Shown here one piece after another: positions 27,308 through 35,960 of a stretch of 64,000 bases of DNA. The stretch is from Burkholderiales bacterium (GTDB lineage: Bacteria; Pseudomonadota; Gammaproteobacteria; Burkholderiales; WYBJ01). The DNA is taken from the NCBI GenBank assembly GCA_022841915.1, contig JALHQN010000002.1, positions 338,724 through 402,723 of the forward strand, given 5' to 3'. The notes beneath the pieces are model-generated. The model saw nothing but the letters and a program-made list of their open reading frames with translations, searched no databases and had not been told where the DNA came from. Both the position numbers and the translations under genes were made by a program. Positions within the stretch are counted from its first letter, which is position 1. The number at the start of each line of letters is the position of its first letter.

Positions 27308-28804
27308 ATGACGATCGCGGAGCAGCCAATGAGCGCGAAAGAACGAAGTATCGTGTCCGAGCCCGACATCGGCTACTCGCCGCGCGGCCTTTACATCGGC
27401 GGGCGTTGGGAGGCGGCAGCCGACGGGCGCACGTTCGCAAGCATCAATCCGTCGACCGGCCGCAAACTCGGTGACGTGCCGTATGCGGCCGCCGCGGATG
27501 TCGATCGTGCGGTGCAGGCTGCAAAAATGGCGTTTCGCGACTGGAGTCGCGTTGGCGTCAAGGAGCGTGCGCGATGTCTGGAACTGCTGGCGAAGCGCAT
27601 TCGCGAAAACCGCAATGAACTCGGCCTGATGGATGCGCTCGACGCCGGCAATGCCGTCGTCGGGATGCGCGCCGACATGGACTGGACGGCCGACAGCCTC
27701 GAGTACTTCGCCGGACTCATCACCGAGATCAAGGGCGAAACGAGTTCGCAAGGGCCGCGACATCTCAACCTCACGCTGCGCCAGCCCTATGGCGTGGTCG
27801 GCAAGATCAATCCGTTCAATCATCCGTTCCGCTTTTGCGCGGAGAAAGCGGCTGCGCCGCTCGCGGCAGGCAATTGTCTGGTGATCAAGGGCTCGGAGCA
27901 GGCGCCCTTGTCGAGCCTGAAGCTCGGGGAACTCTGCGATGGTGTTTTTCCGCCCGGCGTGGTGAATATCGTCACCGGGGATGCCGTGGCGGGCGAAGCG
28001 ATCGTGCGGCACCCGGACGTGCCGCGCATCGGGCTCGTCGGTTCGGTGGATGCGGGCCGACGCGTCGCCATGGCTGCTGCCGAGCAGCTCAAGCGCGTGA
28101 GCCTCGAACTGGGCGGCAAGAATCCGATCGTCATCTTTCCGGATGCCGATCCGAAGAAGGCCGCCGCTGCGGCCCTCAAGGGCATGAACATGAACCGGCA
28201 GGGCCAGTCGTGCAGCTCGACCAGCCGGGTGTTCGTGCATGCTTCCCTGCACAAGGCCGTGCTCGACGAGATCGTCCGACTCGCCCGTGCGTTGCCGGTC
28301 GGTTTCCCCTGGATCGAAAGCAACGAGCTCGGACCGATCGTGTCCGAAAAGCAGTTCCAGCGTGTGATGGGCTACATCGAAGCGGGCAAGCAGGAGGGCG
28401 CCGAACTCGTTACCGGAGGCGCAAGGCCTACGGCGCCGGCGCTTGCAGGCGGCTACTTCATCCAGCCGACGGTGTTCGACGGCGTCCGCGACGCCATGCG
28501 CATCGCGCGCGAGGAAATCTTCGGGCCTGTCGTGGCCGTCATGACGTGGACGGACGTCGACGACGTGTTCTCGCGCGCCAATGCCCTTTCGTACGGTCTG
28601 ACCGCGGCCATCGTGACCAACGATCTGGCGCAGGCGATGGAGGCAGCGCACCGACTCGACGCAGGCTACGTCTGGATCAACGGCAATGGTCGTTACCTCG
28701 GTGCGCCCTATGGTGGTTGGAAGTCGAGCGGTCTCGGTGTCGAAGAGACCTTCGATGAGCTTCTGAGCTACACCCAAATCAAGAACGTTCACATGCGCTG
28801 GTAA
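27308..28804 (+). CDS. NAD(P)-dependent aldehyde dehydrogenase (phosphonoacetaldehyde dehydrogenase PhnY-like by context)
   Basis: ELGGKNP (catalytic Glu) and QGQSCSSTSRVFV (catalytic Cys). It starts 2 nt after the ADH stop. The alternative start at 27329 (MSAKER...) is not excluded. Confidence 0.8.
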   Translation: MTIAEQPMSAKERSIVSEPDIGYSPRGLYIGGRWEAAADGRTFASINPSTGRKLGDVPYAAAADVDRAVQAAKMAFRDWSRVGVKERARCLELLAKRIRENRNELGLMDALDAGNAVVGMRADMDWTADSLEYFAGLITEIKGETSSQGPRHLNLTLRQPYGVVGKINPFNHPFRFCAEKAAAPLAAGNCLVIKGSEQAPLSSLKLGELCDGVFPPGVVNIVTGDAVAGEAIVRHPDVPRIGLVGSVDAGRRVAMAAAEQLKRVSLELGGKNPIVIFPDADPKKAAAAALKGMNMNRQGQSCSSTSRVFVHASLHKAVLDEIVRLARALPVGFPWIESNELGPIVSEKQFQRVMGYIEAGKQEGAELVTGGARPTAPALAGGYFIQPTVFDGVRDAMRIAREEIFGPVVAVMTWTDVDDVFSRANALSYGLTAAIVTNDLAQAMEAAHRLDAGYVWINGNGRYLGAPYGGWKSSGLGVEETFDELLSYTQIKNVHMRW

Positions 28805-28908
28805 CTTCGGCGCCGAGCAGGACGTCATCGGCTTGTAATACCCCTGTCCTACTATCGCGCGAATCTGAAGGGTTCTTCAGTGCGCTACAAGACCAGGAGA
28901 CAAGCAGC

Positions 28909-30486
28909 ATGAACATTCGAGCATGGCGTTCCCGCATCCTGCCTACCACGATCGCCACCTTGGCTTTGCTGGGGGGGCTGTTTCAGTCTGCTGCGGCAAG
29001 CGCGCAGGTGCGCGAGCTTAGAGTCGGTGTCGCTTCGCACGTGCGCGGCCTCGATGTGCAGGAAGAAACCGGCAACAACGCCGCCCAGATGCTCCATCAG
29101 ATCTTCGATACGCTGATCGAGCGCGACAACTTCGCTGCCCCCCTGAAGTTCGGGCCCGGACTCGCCACGAGTTGGCGTATGGTTTCGCCGACCACGATGG
29201 AGCTGACGCTGCGCGACGGCGTCGTGATGCACGACGGCACCACGCTGGACGCCGAGGACGTCAAGTTCTCGCTCGAACGCGTGATCGATCGCAAGGATCC
29301 GCGCTATCGCAGTGCCCACGGCCGGTTCTTCTACAACCTCAAGGGGGTCGATGTGGTCGATCGGCTTACCGTGCGAATCCATACGCACCGGCCGGATCCT
29401 CTGCTCGAGACACTCCTGTCGGCACGCAATGCCGGCATCACGTCGAAGGAGTATGTGCAGAAAATCGGTGCCGACAAGGCGGCGCTGTTGCCGGTCGGCT
29501 CGGGGCCGTACAAGGTCGACAGCCTGCGCCCGAACGAGGTGCTCGTGCTGAGCCGCCACGACAAGTTCTGGGGTCCGCGCCCGCCGTTCGAGCGAATCAC
29601 CTACACGCGCATTCCCGAAGTCGCTGCGCGCGTAACGGCGCTCGTCAATCGCGAGGTCGACTTCATCGTGAACGTGCCGCCCGACCAGGAAGGCGCGGTC
29701 AAACGGGTGAAGGGCTTCAAGCTGGTTGGTGCGCCCTTGCCGGTGTTTCACATCTGGGTGCTCAACATGAGTCATCCCGTCATGGCGAACCCGGAGTTTC
29801 GCAAGGCGCTCAATCTTGCCGTCGATCGCGAAGCGCTGGTGAAGGGCTTGTGGAACGGCAGAGGCCTCGCGCCCAAGGCGCATCAGTTCAAGGAGTACGG
29901 CGAGCCGCTCTTCATGCCGGATCTCAACCACTACCGCTACGATCCGAAGGCAGCGCAGGCGCTGTTGAAGAAGGTCGGCTACAAGAACGAACAGGTCACC
30001 ATCACCTTCTTTCCCGAGTACTACCTTTACGGCAACTACGCTGCCGTCGCCGTCGCCGACATGTGGAAGAAGCTCGGCATCAATGTGAAGATCCAGCAGA
30101 GCGAGCCTGCGTTCAGCAACGCCGACCATACCAAAGTCATGATCCAGCCTTGGTCGAATCCGCTCTACTATCCGGATCCGATGGGGGTCTTCGACACGCA
30201 CTGGTCAGCCGAGAGCTGGGTCACCAAGAAGGGATTGTGGAAGCCCGATCTGCCGGAATGGGCGAGCACCTATGACAAGGCCCGCTTCTCGACAGATTCG
30301 AACGAGCGTCGTGCCGCCTATCGCAAGCTGCTGGAAATGGGCCAGGAGCTGAGCGGTTGGATCGTGCTCTACCAGCCGTACGAATCGTTCGCCATGAACG
30401 AGAACATCGAGTGGCGCATTCCGACAGCCCAACGGCCGTACGAGCTTACGTTCCGCGCCGGTCAGATAAGCTTCAAAGCGAAGTAG
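28909..30486 (+). CDS. ABC transporter substrate-binding protein, family 5 (peptide/opine/nickel type)
   Basis: Sec signal MNIRAWRSRILPTTIATLALLGGLFQSAAASA/QV. 525 aa with DppA/OppA-like architecture. CAGGAGA ribosome-binding site. Confidence 0.85.
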   Translation: MNIRAWRSRILPTTIATLALLGGLFQSAAASAQVRELRVGVASHVRGLDVQEETGNNAAQMLHQIFDTLIERDNFAAPLKFGPGLATSWRMVSPTTMELTLRDGVVMHDGTTLDAEDVKFSLERVIDRKDPRYRSAHGRFFYNLKGVDVVDRLTVRIHTHRPDPLLETLLSARNAGITSKEYVQKIGADKAALLPVGSGPYKVDSLRPNEVLVLSRHDKFWGPRPPFERITYTRIPEVAARVTALVNREVDFIVNVPPDQEGAVKRVKGFKLVGAPLPVFHIWVLNMSHPVMANPEFRKALNLAVDREALVKGLWNGRGLAPKAHQFKEYGEPLFMPDLNHYRYDPKAAQALLKKVGYKNEQVTITFFPEYYLYGNYAAVAVADMWKKLGINVKIQQSEPAFSNADHTKVMIQPWSNPLYYPDPMGVFDTHWSAESWVTKKGLWKPDLPEWASTYDKARFSTDSNERRAAYRKLLEMGQELSGWIVLYQPYESFAMNENIEWRIPTAQRPYELTFRAGQISFKAK

Positions 30487-30519
30487 CTGCGGCGAACCGA
30501 GGAGGCGGTCCCGTCATCC

Positions 30520-31440
30520 ATGCTGCACTTCCTGCTCTGGCGACTCGGCCGCGCGGCGCTCACGATCGCCCTCGTTCTGGTAATCTGCTTTGTCGCCGTG
30601 CGCGGGACGGGCTCGCCCGTCGACATCCTGTACCCCGAGGATGGGACGCCCGAGCAGCGTGCCGAACTCGAAAAGCAATGGGGGCTCGATCGGAGCCTGC
30701 CGGAGCAGTTCGCGGTCTACGTCGCCAACCTCGCCCGAGGCGAGTTCGGTGTGAGCATCATCGAGCGGCGACCCGTGATCGACGTCTATGCAGAGAAGCT
30801 CGCGCCCACCCTGCAGCTCGCCGGTTGCGCCCTCGTGATCGGCATCGCGGTCGGCATCCCGCTCGGCGTATTGGCCGCACTGCGCCGAGGTCGCGCCACC
30901 GCTCGGCTTGCCATGGCACTGGCATTCACCGGCTACGCCGTGCCCCATTTCATCATCGCCATCGTGCTCATTCTCGTATTCGGCTATCACCTCAACTGGC
31001 TCCCGAGCACCGGGGCAGCGACGCCCGCGCACTACATCCTGCCCGCGATAACGTTGGCGTTGCCTCTCATCGCAGCGATCGCTCGCTACATGCGCAGCAC
31101 CATGCTCGATGTCATGAGTCAGGACTATGTCCGCACTGCGAGGGCGAAAGGGGTGCGTGAACCAAGAATCGTCGCTCTGCATGTGATCCGCAATGCACTG
31201 TTGCCCCTGATCACGGTCCTCGGGCTGGAAGTCGCGGGACTGATCAATGGGTCACTGATCGTCGAAACGGTGTTCTCTTGGCCGGGACTGGGCAAGGTGT
31301 TGACCGGTTCGGTCTCCCGGCGGGATTTCCCGGTGCTGCAGTTCGGCGTGATCGCATACTCGGCGGTCGTCGTGTTCATCAATCTTCTGGTGGACGTCCT
31401 CTATTCCGTGGCCGACCCGCGCGTGCGCGTCGAGGCATGA
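30520..31440 (+). CDS. ABC transporter permease (DppB/OppB-like)
   Basis: 306 aa with six hydrophobic segments. The EAA-type loop DYVRTARAKG is present. Confidence 0.88.
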   Translation: MLHFLLWRLGRAALTIALVLVICFVAVRGTGSPVDILYPEDGTPEQRAELEKQWGLDRSLPEQFAVYVANLARGEFGVSIIERRPVIDVYAEKLAPTLQLAGCALVIGIAVGIPLGVLAALRRGRATARLAMALAFTGYAVPHFIIAIVLILVFGYHLNWLPSTGAATPAHYILPAITLALPLIAAIARYMRSTMLDVMSQDYVRTARAKGVREPRIVALHVIRNALLPLITVLGLEVAGLINGSLIVETVFSWPGLGKVLTGSVSRRDFPVLQFGVIAYSAVVVFINLLVDVLYSVADPRVRVEA

Positions 31441-31450
31441 GGCACCATCC

Positions 31451-32368
31451 ATGACGACAGCTGCGGACCCCACGGTTTCCCGGATTCCGGCTCCCGCGCC
31501 CGCCGCACCGGAGTTCGCGCTGCGCCGTCGGCTGGCCTTTCGGCGCATGCCGATCAGCATCAAGATCTGTTCCCTGCTCGCACTGGCTTTCGTATTCACC
31601 GCCCTCTTTGCGCCGTGGCTGACGCCTCACGACCCGGACGCAACGCAGATCCTGGCCAAGCTCAAGCCGCCGGCCTGGATGGAAGGCGGCGAGGCGGCCC
31701 ATCTGTTCGGCACGGATCAGCTCGGCCGTGATCTGCTCTCGCGTTGCATCTACGGCGTGCGCGTAAGCGTGGGCCTCGCCCTGTTCGGTCTCATCGTGGG
31801 TTGCCTGATCGGAACGACCCTCGGTGTCGTGAGCGGGCTCCTCGGTGGTCATGTCGATCGCGCCATCATGATGCTGGTCGACGTATTCATCAGTGTGCCG
31901 AACCTGCTCATCGTGCTGGTCGGCATCGCCGCGTTCGGAACCGACATCGTCGTGCTCGTGGTGCTTATCGGCCTGGCGCGCTGGGAATCCTATGCGCGCA
32001 TCGTGCGCGGGCAGGTATTGCAGGTGCGCGAAATGCCCTTCATCGAAGCGAGCCGTGCGCTCGGGGGATCGCACGCGTGGATCGCGATGCGCCATGTGTT
32101 GCCGAACATCGCAGGCCCGTTGATCGTGTTGCTGACGCTCAACTTTCCATCGATCCTGCTGCTGGAGTCGTCGTTGTCCTTTCTCGGCATCGGGGTGCAG
32201 CCGCCGACGGCCTCGCTCGGCAGCATGGTCGGCGACGGACGGGATCATCTGATATTCGCTTGGTGGGTGGCCGTTGCGCCGGCCCTCGTGATCGTCGCCA
32301 TCACGTTCATCGTGCAGATGCTTGGCGACTGGTTGCGCGACGTACTGGACGTGCGCGTCGATGATTGA
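31451..32368 (+). CDS. ABC transporter permease (DppC/OppC-like)
   Basis: 305 aa. The FIEASRALG loop and GTDQLGRDLLSR N-terminal motif are typical of DppC. Confidence 0.88.
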   Translation: MTTAADPTVSRIPAPAPAAPEFALRRRLAFRRMPISIKICSLLALAFVFTALFAPWLTPHDPDATQILAKLKPPAWMEGGEAAHLFGTDQLGRDLLSRCIYGVRVSVGLALFGLIVGCLIGTTLGVVSGLLGGHVDRAIMMLVDVFISVPNLLIVLVGIAAFGTDIVVLVVLIGLARWESYARIVRGQVLQVREMPFIEASRALGGSHAWIAMRHVLPNIAGPLIVLLTLNFPSILLLESSLSFLGIGVQPPTASLGSMVGDGRDHLIFAWWVAVAPALVIVAITFIVQMLGDWLRDVLDVRVDD

Positions 32369-33422
32369 GACATCCGAAGAGCATCGTGGGCATGCGCCCT
32401 CTCGGGTGCTGGAAGTTTGCGACCTGCGCGTACATCTTGCGCACGAGGAGCGCGAGCTGGAGGCGGTTGCGGGGGTCAGCTTTCACGTCGATGCGGGCGA
32501 GACCCTGGCGCTGGTCGGCGAGTCGGGCGCCGGCAAGTCCGTGACGGCGCTGTCGATCATGCGGCTCGTGCGGGCGGGCGGCCATACCGCAGCGGTGCGT
32601 ACCAGCGGACACCTCCGCTTTCGGAATGAGGCTGGCGAAACCGCCGATCTGCTGACATTGGACGATGAAGCCATGCGCGCCGTGCGCGGCCGCTCCATCG
32701 CCATGATCTTCCAGGAGCCGATGACTTCCCTCAATCCGGTGTTGCGGGTCGGCGACCAGATCGCCGAAGGCATTGTCGCTCACGATCGGATCGGCTGGCG
32801 CGCTGCGTCGGTGCGGGCCCTGGAGATGCTCGAGCTGGTGGGTATTCCCGATCCGCGCGCTCGGCAGCGAGCTTTTCCGCACGAGCTCTCCGGAGGGATG
32901 CGCCAACGAGTGATGATCGCCATCGCGCTTGCGTGTCGTCCCCGACTGCTCATCGCCGACGAACCCACCACCGCGCTCGATGTCACGATTCAGGGCCAGG
33001 TGCTGGACCTGATACGCAGACTCCAGTCGGAACTGCGCATGGCGGTGCTTTTCATCACCCACGATCTGGGTGTCGTTGCCCAGATGGCCGATCGAGTCGC
33101 GGTGATGTATGCCGGTCGCATCGTCGAGGAAGCTCCGGTCGAGGCGTTCTTCGAGAGCCCGGCGCATCCCTATTCGGCCGGGCTGCTGCGCTCCATGCCC
33201 AATCCGGATCCGCGGCGGCCGGCACAGGCGCTGCAGCCGATTCGGGGCACGGTCCCGAGTCTGGATCAGGTGCCGCCCGGTTGTGCTTTCCAGCCTCGGT
33301 GCGATCGCGCCGCGGGCGAGGATTGCACGCAAAGGCGCCCGGTGCTGGAGCCATTCGGCGAGCGACGTGCCGTGCGATGCTGGCGCCCTCACCCGGTGTT
33401 CACGACAGGAACCGGCAAGTGA
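32361..33422 (+). CDS. ABC transporter ATP-binding protein (DppD-like)
   Basis: ORF 32322..33422. ATG 32361 overlaps the permease stop by 8 nt. Walker A GESGAGKS, signature LSGGMRQR, and a C-terminal oligopeptide-type extension. Confidence 0.9.
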   Translation: MIETSEEHRGHAPSRVLEVCDLRVHLAHEERELEAVAGVSFHVDAGETLALVGESGAGKSVTALSIMRLVRAGGHTAAVRTSGHLRFRNEAGETADLLTLDDEAMRAVRGRSIAMIFQEPMTSLNPVLRVGDQIAEGIVAHDRIGWRAASVRALEMLELVGIPDPRARQRAFPHELSGGMRQRVMIAIALACRPRLLIADEPTTALDVTIQGQVLDLIRRLQSELRMAVLFITHDLGVVAQMADRVAVMYAGRIVEEAPVEAFFESPAHPYSAGLLRSMPNPDPRRPAQALQPIRGTVPSLDQVPPGCAFQPRCDRAAGEDCTQRRPVLEPFGERRAVRCWRPHPVFTTGTGK

Positions 33423-34414
33423 GTTCAGACCCGCTCATCCGTGCCGAGTCGCTGACTACGGCCTTTACGGTCGGCCGGTCGTTCATGAAGCGCGCGGTTC
33501 TGCGTGCGGTCGACGAGGTCAGCCTGGATATTCGCGCGAACGAAGTGCTCGCGTTGGTGGGCGAATCCGGGTCCGGGAAGACGACGTTCGGGCGCTCGCT
33601 CCTGCGTCTGGTCGAACCCACGGCGGGCGCCATCTGGTATGACGGTCGCGACATTACCCACTTGCCGGGCGACGAGATGCGTGCGCTTCGTCGGCAGATG
33701 CAGATCGTGTTCCAGGATCCGTTCGCCTCCCTGGATCCGCGCATGAGCGTCGGCGAAATCGTCGGCGAGGGTCTGCGCATCCACGGCATGGGCGCAGCAT
33801 CGGTACGGGCGCAGCGCGTGGCGAACGTGCTCGAGCAGGTGGGGCTGGGTGCAGACCACGCGCGCCGCTATCCGCACGCCCTCTCGGGCGGTCAGCGGCA
33901 GCGCGTCGGCATCGCCCGGGCCCTCGCGGTGGAGCCCCGCTTCATCGTCGCCGACGAGCCCGTGTCCTCGCTCGATGTTTCCATTCAGGCGCAGATTGTC
34001 CAACTCCTCGTCGAGTTGCGCCGGCGCCTCGGGCTGACGATGCTCTTCATCACGCACAACCTGGGTGTGGTTCGTATCCTCAGCGACCGGGTGGCCGTGA
34101 TGTACCTGGGTCGGCTGGTGGAGATTGCGCCCACTGCCACGCTCTTCGAACGACCGGCGCATCCCTACACGCGCAGCTTGCTTGCGAGCATACCGTTGCC
34201 CGATCCCAAGGCGCGGCGACCGCTTGCCGCGCTCCGCGGAGAACTGCCGAGCGGGCTCAACCCGCCGAGCGGCTGTGTGTTCCGTACCCGGTGTCCGCAC
34301 GCGATCGAAGCGTGCGCGAGCGCCCGCCCTGAACTGCGAGCACTCGGGCCCGGACATCAGGCGGCATGCTCACGACCTGAGATCACCGCGCTTCCCTTCC
34401 AAGGCTTTGCATAG
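33419..34414 (+). CDS. ABC transporter ATP-binding protein (DppF-like)
   Basis: In the frame of track ORF 32933..34414. GTG 33419 (residue 163) overlaps the DppD-like stop (GTGA). Walker A GESGSGKTT and signature LSGGQRQR. Confidence 0.88.
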   Translation: MSSDPLIRAESLTTAFTVGRSFMKRAVLRAVDEVSLDIRANEVLALVGESGSGKTTFGRSLLRLVEPTAGAIWYDGRDITHLPGDEMRALRRQMQIVFQDPFASLDPRMSVGEIVGEGLRIHGMGAASVRAQRVANVLEQVGLGADHARRYPHALSGGQRQRVGIARALAVEPRFIVADEPVSSLDVSIQAQIVQLLVELRRRLGLTMLFITHNLGVVRILSDRVAVMYLGRLVEIAPTATLFERPAHPYTRSLLASIPLPDPKARRPLAALRGELPSGLNPPSGCVFRTRCPHAIEACASARPELRALGPGHQAACSRPEITALPFQGFA

Positions 34415-34427
34415 GAACGAACGAATC

Positions 34428-35960
34428 ATGGCAAGACCGGAAATGAACGTCCTGCTCATCGTCGTCGATCAATGGCGCGGCGACACCTTGGGTGCTTTGG
34501 GGCACCCCTGCGTACGAACGCCGAACATCGATCGGCTCGCCGCCGAAGGCGTGACCTTCACCCGGCACTACGCGCAAAGCTCGCCGTGCGGCCCGAGCCG
34601 GGCATCGATGCTCACGGGCCAGTACTTGATGAATCATCGGGTCATTACCAACGACACGCCGACCGCCGCGCATCGCAAGACGATGGCGCGGTTCATGCGC
34701 GAGGCCGGTTACGAACCCGCGCTCATCGGCTATACGACGACGGTACCCGATCCGCGCGTGGCGCATTCGAACGATCCGCGCTTCACGACCAACACCATCG
34801 CCGAAGGCTGGAACATCGTTCGCGACTTCGAGGGCGAGCGCGAGCACTACATGGCCTACCTGTCCGGACTTGGCTACGACATCCCGAAGAAGTATGTCGA
34901 CATCTTCCAGCCCCCGCACGGAGCTGACGAATCGCTGAGGCTCGCCCCGTCTCCGATCAAGAAGGAGCACAGCGAGACGGCCTGGTCGATCGATGCCGCT
35001 CTCGATTACATCCGCATCCGCGCGGACGAACCGTGGTGTCTGCATCTGGGCACGTACCGGCCGCATCCGCCCTTCATGGCGCCGACGCCCTACGATGCGA
35101 TGTACGATCCGGCCGCGATGCCGGCTCCGCTGCGCGCACCGAACCTCGCGGCAGAGAAGCGCGTGCATCCGTTGACGCACCTGCTGCTGGAACACGTCAA
35201 AGCATCGAATGCCGTGCGGCATTGGTCCGGACTCGCCTCGGCGATCGATCTCGAAGGCATCGCAAAGATCAGGGCTGCCTACTATGCGTTGTGCACCGAG
35301 GTGGACGATCATCTCGGGCGCGTGTTCGAGTTGCTGCGCGCGACCGGCCAGGACGAACGCACGCTCGTCATCCTCACGTCCGATCACGGCGAGCAGCTCG
35401 GCGATCACTTCATGGTGTCGAAGCGGGGCTACTTTCCGCAGTCGTATCACATTCCGCTGATCGTGCGCGATCCGCGCGCGGCGGCGAACGGCACGCGTGG
35501 GCGCAAGTTCGCTCACTTTACCGAGAACGTCGATGTGCTGCCGACGATCCTCGACTGGCTGGGAGAGCCCTTGCCGCATCAGTTCGACGGCCATACGCTC
35601 ATGCCCTTGCTCAGAGGGGAAGTGCCCGGACGCTGGCGCAAAGCGGCACGGTACGAGTACGACTTTCGCGACATGGCGAGCCGCAAGGCTGCTGCCGCAC
35701 TCGGCATCGATCCCGACGCGACGTCGCTGGCCTGCGTGCTCGACGACGACTACGCCTACATCCATTTCGCCGAATTGCCGCCGCTGCTATTCGATTTGAA
35801 GGCCGATCCGCACTGGCTCAACAATGTGGCTGAAGAAGCGCGCTATCAACCGGTCGCCCTGAAGTACGCGCGTCAAATGCTCGATTGGCGGCTCGCTTAT
35901 GCCGACCGAACACTGACCGGGCTCGCGATCAGCAGCGACGGCCTCAGGGGGCATGCGTGA
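34428..35960 (+). CDS. sulfatase-fold hydrolase, phosphonate monoester hydrolase/phosphodiesterase (PMH)-like
   Basis: ORF 34125..35960. Start is ATG 34428 (residue 102), with no signal peptide. LLIVVDQWRGD (Asp-Gln metal site), SSPCGPSRAS (CxPxR formylglycine motif, Cys54), TSDHGE, and the tail FDLKADPHW...WRLAYADRTLT. Confidence 0.75.
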   Translation: MARPEMNVLLIVVDQWRGDTLGALGHPCVRTPNIDRLAAEGVTFTRHYAQSSPCGPSRASMLTGQYLMNHRVITNDTPTAAHRKTMARFMREAGYEPALIGYTTTVPDPRVAHSNDPRFTTNTIAEGWNIVRDFEGEREHYMAYLSGLGYDIPKKYVDIFQPPHGADESLRLAPSPIKKEHSETAWSIDAALDYIRIRADEPWCLHLGTYRPHPPFMAPTPYDAMYDPAAMPAPLRAPNLAAEKRVHPLTHLLLEHVKASNAVRHWSGLASAIDLEGIAKIRAAYYALCTEVDDHLGRVFELLRATGQDERTLVILTSDHGEQLGDHFMVSKRGYFPQSYHIPLIVRDPRAAANGTRGRKFAHFTENVDVLPTILDWLGEPLPHQFDGHTLMPLLRGEVPGRWRKAARYEYDFRDMASRKAAAALGIDPDATSLACVLDDDYAYIHFAELPPLLFDLKADPHWLNNVAEEARYQPVALKYARQMLDWRLAYADRTLTGLAISSDGLRGHA

